Shown piece after piece: positions 14,180 to 22,826 of a stretch of 64,000 nt of DNA (its first letter is position 1; the number at the start of each line of letters is the position of its first letter). The notes beneath the pieces were generated by a model that searched no databases, was not told where the DNA came from, and worked only from the letters and a program-made list of their open reading frames with translations. Made by a program: the position numbers and the translations under genes. The DNA comes from a virus. The DNA lies in IMG/VR virus record IMGVR_UViG_3300032242_001694. One strand, 5' to 3'.

Positions 14180-15114
14180 TTGAAGTCACACTCCATCATC
14201 ATCTCAGTGAGACATGCCATCAGGTTAATCTCGTGGTCAGCCACGAACGCAGCTTGATACTGGTATTTACCCAAGACCAGTACGGCTTGTGCCACTCCCT
14301 GAGGCGTTAAGAACTCAGAGGACGTGTCGTAGATGGATCTAAAGATCTCACTCTGGTCGTTGTCAAGGTTCTCACCAACCCACTTGCGAATCGATGTGAA
14401 GTTCTTGTTCTTCATCATGGCTACCAGCTCCTTGAGAGATATCTCTTGGAGGTTGGTCAGGAGTCCAGTATCAATGGCACCAGTGGCAGAGTACCGCTGC
14501 AGCTCGTTGAGTACCCGACGCCAGTCTGGAAAGTGCTTGTTGATGACCTCGGCGACTACCTGCTGCTCGTACTTGACTCCCTCTTTATCGAGGATGCCAA
14601 TGACGCGCTTGAAGAACTGGCCTGCAAGCTTGGCCATGTCACTCTTGCCGATCTTAAAATCTACGACAGAGCAACGAGAGTGAAGAGGGTCAATGATGCG
14701 ATTGCGAAAATTACATGTAAGAATGAAACCACAGTTTTTGGAGAACTCTTCCATAAAATTACGAAGAGCAGGTTGAGTGCTATTAGCGTTAAGATAATCG
14801 GCTTCGTCAAGGATGACATATTTCCTACCTCCAGAGAAAGACATTGAAGATGCGAAGCTGAGAATCTCGTTGCGCAGCGTGTCGATGTTACCATTCATAG
14901 ATCCGTTGATCACGATGTAGTCGCACTCAAGCTGTTCCAGCATCGCGCGAGCGATCGTGGTCTTACCCACGCCAGCAGAGCCGGCGAGGATAAGATTTGG
15001 GATATTCTTTTGGTTAACAAAGTTTTGGAAAGTAGACTTTAGCTCTGCTGGAAGGATTGTGTCCTCCACGGTCTTAGGGCGATACTTCTCTACCCAGAGA
15101 AAATCTTCTCTCAT
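14176..15114 (-). CDS. gp44: clamp loader large subunit gp44
   Basis: LWVEKYRP, Walker A GSAGVGKT, DEAD, SRC motif. Confidence 0.97.
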   Translation of the reverse strand: MREDFLWVEKYRPKTVEDTILPAELKSTFQNFVNQKNIPNLILAGSAGVGKTTIARAMLEQLECDYIVINGSMNGNIDTLRNEILSFASSMSFSGGRKYVILDEADYLNANSTQPALRNFMEEFSKNCGFILTCNFRNRIIDPLHSRCSVVDFKIGKSDMAKLAGQFFKRVIGILDKEGVKYEQQVVAEVINKHFPDWRRVLNELQRYSATGAIDTGLLTNLQEISLKELVAMMKNKNFTSIRKWVGENLDNDQSEIFRSIYDTSSEFLTPQGVAQAVLVLGKYQYQAAFVADHEINLMACLTEMMMECDFK

Positions 15115-15122
15115 GTGTCACC

Positions 15123-15812
15123 TCAAGCGATGTTGAGAGTTGATGAAGCTTCAAGCACGATCCAGTATTCAAGGTTCTCAGTCTTGAAGTGTGCAAACCC
15201 CTTGGAAGAGATATCCACTTCGTACTCGCTAGTCAAGTTCTTAGACAACACAGAGAACTTCGTTGGATCAAAGATCGCGCGGAACTCCTTGTCAGTCTCA
15301 CCGACCTCAATGCTGTAGAGGTCGCTGTTTGGATCTTTCAGGTCATTACACTGGATGCAGATCTTTCCATTGACATTGGTGACGCTGATAGACGAAGCTC
15401 CAAGAATGCTGAGGGCTCGCTCGATCTCCTTGATCTCATCGATCTTGAGCTTGAACTTAACCTCGCCTTCTGGGAAAGCTGGATCCTTAACGGCTGGAAT
15501 AGCCAATACAGAGTCTTCAGCCAAGGTGTAGTTGACCGTGCGACGGCTGTTGCCATCCGTGATCTTGATCTTCTTCTCGTCGATCTCCATCGATGGGTCG
15601 TTGAACAGAGAAAGAGTATTGAGGAAGCGACTGACGCTATAGATAGAGAACTTCTTGTCGAAAGAAGCCGGCACAGTAGCGCGACCCAAGATATCTTTGG
15701 TAGGAGATGGAGAGAGGAGAGTGTTCCCCTCCCTCACGATGATAGATGGATTGATTTGCGAGAAGCTCTTCAATACGTTCAGAGTAGTGGCATCAAGTTT
15801 CATGTTAGACAT
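15123..15812 (-). CDS. gp45: sliding clamp gp45
   Basis: MKL...TLNVLKSFSQINPSI N-terminus; synteny. Confidence 0.92.
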   Translation of the reverse strand: MSNMKLDATTLNVLKSFSQINPSIIVREGNTLLSPSPTKDILGRATVPASFDKKFSIYSVSRFLNTLSLFNDPSMEIDEKKIKITDGNSRRTVNYTLAEDSVLAIPAVKDPAFPEGEVKFKLKIDEIKEIERALSILGASSISVTNVNGKICIQCNDLKDPNSDLYSIEVGETDKEFRAIFDPTKFSVLSKNLTSEYEVDISSKGFAHFKTENLEYWIVLEASSTLNIA

Positions 15813-15830
15813 AATATAGTACTCCGGTTG

Positions 15831-16691
15831 TTATTTCTTAAAAGGCTGCTTCTTCTTCAAAGCATCTGGATCAGCAGTTGCAGAAGCACCAATCATTGCG
15901 AGATCAGCGAGTGATCCACCAAAGATGTACGAGCCAACATGCTGCAGCTTCATCCATGGACAGAACCAAGTGCGAATCTCAGCCTGCTGAGCTTTCTGAC
16001 AGAACCAGTAGTCTTCAGACAGGTAGCGCTTGGAAGCTGGATCGACCTCGGCTTGGAAGAACATCATGATCTCGCGGGTGCCGTCAAAGTGCTCGGTGCG
16101 GACGTGGTCTGGCTTGTACATGTACTCAGGGTACTTAGCCATGAACTTCTTGAGAGCTGCCTTGGTGATCATCATGAAGCCGGTACCAATCTCAAGAACC
16201 TCGACTGGCTCAGAGATAGGAATAGATCCAGAGCCATTCTTAGGATTAAAGACGTAGTCGCCGACGAACTTGTCGAGAACGTTAGGATCTTCGTCAGCGA
16301 TACCCTTGTCAACAGCAAGCTTAATCTTCTCCCAGCTGATGCACTTCTTAGGGTATGGCCCGCCGATGATCTCGTACTTCTCTGGCTCCTGAGCCTGAAG
16401 AGCCATAAGTGCGATGACGTCCTGTGGATTAAAGCCGATGTCAGAATCGATGAACAACAGGTGCTCAGCTTCGGAGCGCATGAATTCATCAACGCAGTAG
16501 TTGCGTGCGCGGGTAATCAGTGACTCATTGAAGAGATAGTAGAACTGAAGAGGGATGCCGTAGCTGGTGCAGAGACCGGACAAGTCAGCAGTCGACTTGG
16601 CAAACATACCAGCGCACTGTCCACCATACATCGGCGTAGCGACGAACAGTTTATTCTTGCGTAGTTCTTCAATCGGGATATTAATTTCCAT
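15831..16691 (-). CDS. GT-A fold glycosyltransferase-like protein
   Basis: ATPMYGG, SLITRARN, LLFIDSD (DxD), YLSEDYWFC. Confidence 0.75.
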   Translation of the reverse strand: MEINIPIEELRKNKLFVATPMYGGQCAGMFAKSTADLSGLCTSYGIPLQFYYLFNESLITRARNYCVDEFMRSEAEHLLFIDSDIGFNPQDVIALMALQAQEPEKYEIIGGPYPKKCISWEKIKLAVDKGIADEDPNVLDKFVGDYVFNPKNGSGSIPISEPVEVLEIGTGFMMITKAALKKFMAKYPEYMYKPDHVRTEHFDGTREIMMFFQAEVDPASKRYLSEDYWFCQKAQQAEIRTWFCPWMKLQHVGSYIFGGSLADLAMIGASATADPDALKKKQPFKK

Positions 16692-16704
16692 AGTATAGCT
16701 CCTA

Positions 16705-17898
16705 TTATATAAAGGATGATAGATTGTTGTCAGCTGTTTTATTGCTGGTAAAAGTCCTATTCAAGTTGCTTTGAATAAGGTAGTCAGTTTCTTCTAGGTG
16801 AAGCTCGTCGTTGAGATACTTTAAGATCTCGCCAGCCATATCTCTGGCAGTAAGTACTGGAACATTTTGACAGATGTGGTTGCTGCTGTTTTCTGGATCA
16901 AGCAGCTCGAAGTTATCAGGCAGACCCATGATGGTCATCGCCTCTCGATAAGATATATATCGATCTTCTACTGGATGGGTCAGGCTCGTAGGATAGTGGC
17001 CCACGAATGCACCGATGTAGTCTTTAGGTACGATCGTCCCGCGGCGCATGATTGACTTGCCAGCTGCTAGCTTATCGTATTTATAATCGCACTTGGCTAC
17101 TTCTCTCTCAAGACCCTGTTCTTTCATCCAAGCACCGACTATTTTATAGTCATGCCCGAGCTTCTCGATGTAGCCAAATACGTCGTTGCCTCGAGCCTTG
17201 GCCGGCTCAAGCTGAGCAGAGAATTGCTGGTGTGTCATACCACCGTGAACGTGCTCAAGAATGTAGCGATAGTATGGATCACTCGTAGAAGGAGTCTTCT
17301 TATTGATCGGGTCGCGTTGGCTGTTGCCTCGAGCTCCGGCAATAACGTCTTCGATCTTTGGACGAGGTCCGTTGAAGTAGTTAAAGACCGGAACCTTGTT
17401 ACCCTGCCAGAAGAAATAGAACGAGCGGTTGCGAACCTGTGGACCGCCATGCTGAATAGTGCGAGTGACGTACACACTCATAGCATAGCCATTCTCGCGA
17501 GCGATGTTAAGCATCTGTTCGCGGATGTTCTTGCCGATCTTACCAGCAAATCCTGGAGCGTTCTCACCCCAGAACACGCGAGGCTTCACCTCACCGAGAA
17601 TGTACTTGGTGGTGTTGATCATCCACTGGTTATTCTGGTTGTGATCGCCGTACCCGTGAGACAGCTGAGACAATCCAGCGCATGGACACACGGTGCCGAT
17701 GACGTCTACCTGCTCAGTTGGTTTCTGGTTTTTATCTAAGACGTAGTAGGGAACATCGCTGTAGTGATTTACGGCATGCTTGTCATTACCCCAGAACGCT
17801 TCATAAGACATTAGGTATGTTGGGCGAGATCCAAAAGCCATCTCTTGACCAATAGTCTCGCCGCCAATTAATGGAACGATCGTAGCGTGTTTAATCAT
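16705..17898 (-). CDS. C5 DNA cytosine methyltransferase-fold protein
   Basis: catalytic PC (VCPCAGLS), ENAP (motif VI), Q.R.R (motif VIII), R.IS.REA..IMGLP (IX), QNVP (X); motif I divergent (IVPLIGG). Confidence 0.8.
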   Translation of the reverse strand: MIKHATIVPLIGGETIGQEMAFGSRPTYLMSYEAFWGNDKHAVNHYSDVPYYVLDKNQKPTEQVDVIGTVCPCAGLSQLSHGYGDHNQNNQWMINTTKYILGEVKPRVFWGENAPGFAGKIGKNIREQMLNIARENGYAMSVYVTRTIQHGGPQVRNRSFYFFWQGNKVPVFNYFNGPRPKIEDVIAGARGNSQRDPINKKTPSTSDPYYRYILEHVHGGMTHQQFSAQLEPAKARGNDVFGYIEKLGHDYKIVGAWMKEQGLEREVAKCDYKYDKLAAGKSIMRRGTIVPKDYIGAFVGHYPTSLTHPVEDRYISYREAMTIMGLPDNFELLDPENSSNHICQNVPVLTARDMAGEILKYLNDELHLEETDYLIQSNLNRTFTSNKTADNNLSSFI

Positions 17899-18992
17899 TT
17901 ACTATCCAATACTCTTGTCAACTCACGTTGCTGCACGAGCTTATCCAAAGGATGATTGTCGTACAGGCATTCATATTGATATTTAGCCAACTCTTCGAGC
18001 TGCTTTAGATCCATCTGTTCAATTGCAGCGATGCTCATGCCGGTAAATGCCTCACCATAGACGATACCCTCAGCGTCTTCGCAGTAGAGGATCGAGCGGG
18101 CGTCTACTACCTGCTGGACTCGCGATCTCCACCAGCCTGAACCTGCGTGATAGTATGCAGGCATCAGACAACCCCAGTGTAAGTTATACGCACGGCACAT
18201 GTCTGGCTCAGTAACGCGCATGGACTTGAACTCACCACGACGACCGCCATACGTAAGCACAGGCCAAGAAGCTTTCTGGTTGTCCAGCCACTTGCGAGTC
18301 TTGTTATGAATGAGTGATGAGAATACCCAGCCCTTGATCTTGTTTGCGCATCCAACATCAGGATCGCTGAAGAAAGAACTCAGACCACCCTCGCCATAGT
18401 TGGTCTCAGGTCGGCGGTTCAAGTTGTAGGGATTTGGATTATACTGGAACATGCGATCTTCAGGCCAGCCAGTCTTTAGCTTGCTGAGATCACCACCGGC
18501 AAAAGCACAAACAAGCAGGCGATTCTGGCGAGCCATGATGATGTCGCATGCGTCGATATAGTCCTGCTTGTGAGCGCGAATAGTAGCCTCGTCTGAGTTA
18601 CCATAGTAGAGCTCTAAGAGATATGGACGGAAAGGACTGTATCTTTCTTCATCGAGCAAGTTGCGCTTGAACTGAACAAAGCTGGCCAATACCTGATCTA
18701 CCTGCCAGTCGTCAAACGCCATGATGCAGTCTGGCCGAGCCTTGATAGCATATAGGCCGTCGTAGAGATGCTGGCAGAAAGACTGCAGACTGTGGAGGTA
18801 GACGATAACCTCTTCATACCCGCTTAGGTCTTCACCGATAGTTACCGGACGCTGCTCAACTTCAAAGCCCATGTCGCGTAGACAGCGAATGAGTGAGTAG
18901 TGTGAGTTAAGTATCTTGAGTTCTTTACCCTGAAAGTAGTCCTCAACATTCTGCTCGCGATTCAGGCCTGTAATTAAGATCTTCTTAACCAT
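17895..18992 (-). CDS. putative DNA glycosyltransferase (GT-B-like)
   Basis: N-terminal KILITG, position in hmC cluster; fold call is inferred. Confidence 0.5.
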   Translation of the reverse strand: MVKKILITGLNREQNVEDYFQGKELKILNSHYSLIRCLRDMGFEVEQRPVTIGEDLSGYEEVIVYLHSLQSFCQHLYDGLYAIKARPDCIMAFDDWQVDQVLASFVQFKRNLLDEERYSPFRPYLLELYYGNSDEATIRAHKQDYIDACDIIMARQNRLLVCAFAGGDLSKLKTGWPEDRMFQYNPNPYNLNRRPETNYGEGGLSSFFSDPDVGCANKIKGWVFSSLIHNKTRKWLDNQKASWPVLTYGGRRGEFKSMRVTEPDMCRAYNLHWGCLMPAYYHAGSGWWRSRVQQVVDARSILYCEDAEGIVYGEAFTGMSIAAIEQMDLKQLEELAKYQYECLYDNHPLDKLVQQRELTRVLDSK

Positions 18993-19356
18993 AGATATAC
19001 TCCTTGCACTTCACCAGCTGATCAAGCTCAAAGGCTTTGTCGTTCAGCTTTCTATTTAGCCCCGAAGGATGCGGGAGCGTGAAGTGGTTGACATTTATTT
19101 TCTGTAATACTTTAGATGCGAAGTTACCGAGAGCAACTACCCTGTCGTGACCCTCGGTACAGCTCTTAATAAGATCTAGATCTACGTCTGAGAACTTGTA
19201 TGGACCTGGAGTGTAGATGCAGTTGGTAAACGAGAACTTATCTATCCCTAGGAAGTCAGCCCAGCAAGGGAGCCTGCGCCAAGTCGTGTTTCTTCCAATG
19301 TCTCTTGCCGAGCTTGGATTGATTCCGACGATGAGAACTCTGGGAACATATACCAT
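18985..19356 (-). CDS. small uracil-DNA-glycosylase-superfamily protein
   Basis: IVGINPS (motif A), VVALG, LPHPSGLNR (motif B). Confidence 0.75.
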   Translation of the reverse strand: MVYVPRVLIVGINPSSARDIGRNTTWRRLPCWADFLGIDKFSFTNCIYTPGPYKFSDVDLDLIKSCTEGHDRVVALGNFASKVLQKINVNHFTLPHPSGLNRKLNDKAFELDQLVKCKEYIYG

Positions 19357-19805
19357 TGAACACCTGCTTCATTAAACATCTCAACTGACTGAGCCATTGA
19401 GTCACGCCACTTAATAGAGATATCTTCTGGATAACACATGAAGACGCGCTTCACGCCAACCTGGATAACACCTTTAGCACACTCAGAGCACACAGGCAAT
19501 CCATACACATAGAGATCTGAGTTGTTTAGACTAACACCGTTGAGTGTTGCGTTGTAGATACAATTCTGCTCGGCGTGAACTACGTAGCGATACTTGATGT
19601 CGCGATGAATCAAGCGATTATCGCTATCATCGATACCGCGTGGAAAGCCATTGTAACCTTGAGATAAGATCTGGCCTTTACCACCAACTGCCACAGCACC
19701 AATCTTAGAGTTAGGATCTTTAGACCAACTCGAGATATGCTTTGCCAGTTCAATGTATTTCTTAACCCAACTAGCTGATGAGGTCGAAGTGTCGTTCGTA
19801 GACAT
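19248..19805 (-). CDS. cd: dCMP deaminase
   Basis: SKDP, GYNGFPRG, HAE, PVCSEC zinc motif. Confidence 0.92.
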   Translation of the reverse strand: MSTNDTSTSSASWVKKYIELAKHISSWSKDPNSKIGAVAVGGKGQILSQGYNGFPRGIDDSDNRLIHRDIKYRYVVHAEQNCIYNATLNGVSLNNSDLYVYGLPVCSECAKGVIQVGVKRVFMCYPEDISIKWRDSMAQSVEMFNEAGVQWYMFPEFSSSESIQARQETLEETRLGAGSLAGLTS

Positions 19806-20427
19806 GAAGGCTCCCTGCATTCCATAGGATGACGCCAGCCGGTACGTCGAGATCAGCTGCTACTAAGTCAAGAACATGCTTCTGCCAAGCGTAGTCATTC
19901 TTATAACCAAACACCACGTCGTTAGAGCGCATCTGAACTATGGCATTAACTTGACCATGTCGGATGACGTACTGAACAGCGTTGGTGCACATGAAGTCTG
20001 ACATGCCACAAGCATTGTACTTATACCACATCGATGGACGCGTGTAGATCATCACTGCGCGACGCGACTCAGGATTAATCCTGAGCTCGTTTACTGCGTG
20101 GTCATATTGGTTACCATTCATTTCTGACCAGATACACCAGCCATAGTTAGAGTTGATAAAGCCGTCTTTGTCAGCGACTTGTTTCCAGATAGCTGGTGGG
20201 CCACCTGGAATATCATTGACGTTGAGAGACTGAGACTTGTACCAAGCCAACTCACGATCGACATAGTCTTGGTTAACTTTACCAAAGATAGCTGATTCGT
20301 CGGCAACAAAAGATGCAGAGATTAACTCGAGCATCTTAACGCCAGACTTGTCGGTCACATAGTTGTCTTCAGCTTTAGCGAGCTGAAAGTACTCGCGAAT
20401 GTCTGCTACATTATTTCTTAGGAGCAT
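19771..20427 (-). CDS. gp42: dCMP hydroxymethylase (thymidylate-synthase fold, T4 gp42-like)
   Basis: INSNYG, DFMCT, MRSNDVVFGYKNDYAWQ (Asp at the dCMP-specificity position), SLHVYERHF. Confidence 0.9.
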   Translation of the reverse strand: MLLRNNVADIREYFQLAKAEDNYVTDKSGVKMLELISASFVADESAIFGKVNQDYVDRELAWYKSQSLNVNDIPGGPPAIWKQVADKDGFINSNYGWCIWSEMNGNQYDHAVNELRINPESRRAVMIYTRPSMWYKYNACGMSDFMCTNAVQYVIRHGQVNAIVQMRSNDVVFGYKNDYAWQKHVLDLVAADLDVPAGVILWNAGSLHVYERHFDLIS

Positions 20428-20785
20428 AAGTTGTCTCAGGCTTCTTGTTGTTGAAGATGTCGCGTGTAGGATCTTGGCCACGCATCTTACCGCGAAGGTA
20501 TGTCACGGCAAAGCTGGCATAGTTGGCGAGATCAATGTACGTATCTTCAAGAGACTCAAAGTTAGCGTCTGCAGCGCGACCTGCCTCAAGCAGAGACTGA
20601 GCGCGATAGACTTTACCCTGAATGATGTCGTGGATAGAGTCAATGCCACGACGGTAGTGCATGGCCTGAGTTACGTTTGAGTTAGGGTTCTGGTAGTCTT
20701 GAGACTTGCGAACCTGCAGGTCAATACACTCTTGAAGAACTTTGATTGACTCAAGGTTCTGCAGTTCTTTAACATCATCAATCAT
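20411..20785 (-). CDS. nucleotide-modification-associated alpha-helical protein (Nmad1/DUF1599-like)
   Basis: KSQDY...ESLEDTYIDLANY. Confidence 0.7.
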   Translation of the reverse strand: MIDDVKELQNLESIKVLQECIDLQVRKSQDYQNPNSNVTQAMHYRRGIDSIHDIIQGKVYRAQSLLEAGRAADANFESLEDTYIDLANYASFAVTYLRGKMRGQDPTRDIFNNKKPETTYAPKK

Positions 20786-21354
20786 TATGCAACACTCCAT
20801 AGATCTTTGCAGCCATCCGCTGCAATTGCTTTTTTGTGATCAAACATATAAGCGCTCTTGCCTGTACCTTTTATAATATATCTTGCCATGGCCTTACTGT
20901 CAATAAGAAAACGTGGGCGATAGCGATATTTTAATGGCTGCAATTGTTCATATGAAACTACTATAAAGAATTCATTGAACTGTGTACAATACATGATAGA
21001 TTCACGTTGGTCTTTACTGATATACCAATTAGGATACTTACCACTCATGGTCTTAACTTCACCAATCTTTTCTTCACACAACACGTCTCTCTTGCGTTGC
21101 TGGAATGATAAGCCTTCGGCGTTTTTAGTTATCTCAGAAGTAGGAGTAAACAATCCGGTACTGTGAAGAGCAATCTCAGCACCGAGACCAGTAGCGGTAT
21201 GCATCATAATAGTTTCTTTGCTACGTTCTCCACCTTTACGTTGTTCTGTATTCCAATTAGTCTCGGTCATCATTCGCAGATCACGCTGATGATCTAACAG
21301 ATTCACTTCTTTGTTAAGAGTAGAGATGGCTTTCATCACAGTTTCACTGAACAT
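20785..21354 (-). CDS. putative PD-(D/E)xK nuclease
   Basis: GLGAE helix, D...EVK motif; AT-rich. Confidence 0.5.
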   Translation of the reverse strand: MFSETVMKAISTLNKEVNLLDHQRDLRMMTETNWNTEQRKGGERSKETIMMHTATGLGAEIALHSTGLFTPTSEITKNAEGLSFQQRKRDVLCEEKIGEVKTMSGKYPNWYISKDQRESIMYCTQFNEFFIVVSYEQLQPLKYRYRPRFLIDSKAMARYIIKGTGKSAYMFDHKKAIAADGCKDLWSVA

Positions 21355-21382
21355 AATCTATTCCTTATCAAGTTATATTATG

Positions 21383-21411
21383 ATAATAAATTATTAGAAG
21401 ATATATGTCAA
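21383..21411 (-). promoter_or_regulatory. sigma70-type promoter
   Basis: TTGACA-17 nt-TATTAT. Confidence 0.55.
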
Positions 21412-21818
21412 TCTTTATTTTCAAAGAGTTTTGAAACCAACCCAATATTGTCACTGTGATCAGGACCAACCCAGCCTTCAGGCTTGATCAGATCAGGAAG
21501 ACCGAGAGGGTTAGGCCGCGTAGCCTTAACACCGGTCTTCTTAGCCATATTAGCCTTGAGTACCTCGTCCCATGCATCGTATGAGTTTACACCAAACGAG
21601 TCAAGCGTGCCAATAGCTACAACACACAGGTCAATCAATGCGTCAACCACGTCTTCTGGATTCTCAGCGCTATTAAGCTCATCTAATTCTTCTTGGAGAA
21701 ACTTAACACGAAAGTCGAGAAACTTGCGAAGAGTTTCTGAATCCATCTTATCAACTACTTTATTAACACCATAATACTCATGCATCATAGCTATATCATG
21801 ACACCAGTTTTTACTCAT
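21408..21818 (-). CDS. MazG/PRA-PH-like NTP pyrophosphohydrolase
   Basis: EELDE...VVDALIDL...V.KANMAK...KPEGW. Confidence 0.85.
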   Translation of the reverse strand: MSKNWCHDIAMMHEYYGVNKVVDKMDSETLRKFLDFRVKFLQEELDELNSAENPEDVVDALIDLCVVAIGTLDSFGVNSYDAWDEVLKANMAKKTGVKATRPNPLGLPDLIKPEGWVGPDHSDNIGLVSKLFENKD

Positions 21819-22348
21819 TAAATCCACTCCGGTTTCTCACGCTTTTTCCAGGCGTGCATGTTTGATTTACCCATCTTATAATAGTTGCGATAATTTGTCA
21901 AGGAATCATCGCTGATCTTATACTCGTCAGCCATAGCAGAAGGCATAGGAGTCCAGTCCCACTGCTTGAGTGCAAACGGTGGAGACTGGAGAGCATAAGC
22001 AATGTCGGTACACTTGTGACGCTTCTCGTAGCGATACGTATACTCGTCAAGCAAGGCATAGAGATGATCTGACAGCCACGTATAGTTCTCAACGGATTGT
22101 CGGCACCACACAGCAGATGGATGATTAATGTGTGTTGCCTGATACAGTGTAGACTCGCGGGCGTCGGGAAGGATCCAGACTTTCTTCTTACGACCGGTAG
22201 CAGATTGACCTAGCACTTCCATACCGTCGAGAACGCGATGGGCAGTCGACAGCAGCTGTGCCGACTCGAGGATCATCTTGACTACGTGTTTATCGACCAT
22301 CCAGCGCGCTGATTGGATAGGGTCGTGGCTGAGATAGAATATGTTCAC
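21818..22348 (-). CDS. pyrimidine-dimer DNA glycosylase / endonuclease V family
   Basis: GTG start NIFYL...DKHVVKMILESAQLLSTAH, H.NHPS..W. Confidence 0.85.
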   Translation of the reverse strand: MNIFYLSHDPIQSARWMVDKHVVKMILESAQLLSTAHRVLDGMEVLGQSATGRKKKVWILPDARESTLYQATHINHPSAVWCRQSVENYTWLSDHLYALLDEYTYRYEKRHKCTDIAYALQSPPFALKQWDWTPMPSAMADEYKISDDSLTNYRNYYKMGKSNMHAWKKREKPEWI

Positions 22349-22826
22349 TTGGTTTTTTCCACTTTTTGAAAGCTTGCTCGCGGTGATAGCGATTAGCCCT
22401 TGTATGATATAGTATGCCGTCGAGATAGTCCATCTGCTGCTGGAATATACGCGCGGACATGCCGGTGAATGTCTCTGTCCTAACATCACCGTTGGGAGTG
22501 GTGAAGCGAACGCGAACGTGTTGCGATCTTTTGATCTTAACATACAAGCCGGTAAATGTCAAACAACTTTCTTCAAGGGAGATAAGTTGTTCAGATGGTT
22601 GAACAATTCTTGGATTGATACAGACAAAGTTTTGAGGTGCTGCCCGCATTGCAAAGATCCTGTAAGGAATACCTACTTGATTCGCGGCAATACCTACACC
22701 GTTGTTATCGTATAAGAACTTCACAAGCTCATGTGAGAATTCAACAAGGTCAAACGGCGGTTCTGTAAGATCTACAGGCTGACACTTTTGCGTTAGAATC
22801 GGGTCGTCTTTACTCACTAGTTTCAT
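22290..22826 (-). CDS. peptide deformylase-like protein with degenerate active site
   Basis: GVGIAANQVG motif 1, INP, EESCL motif 2, QQQMDY in place of QHExDH. Confidence 0.85.
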   Translation of the reverse strand: MKLVSKDDPILTQKCQPVDLTEPPFDLVEFSHELVKFLYDNNGVGIAANQVGIPYRIFAMRAAPQNFVCINPRIVQPSEQLISLEESCLTFTGLYVKIKRSQHVRVRFTTPNGDVRTETFTGMSARIFQQQMDYLDGILYHTRANRYHREQAFKKWKKPSEHILSQPRPYPISALDGR

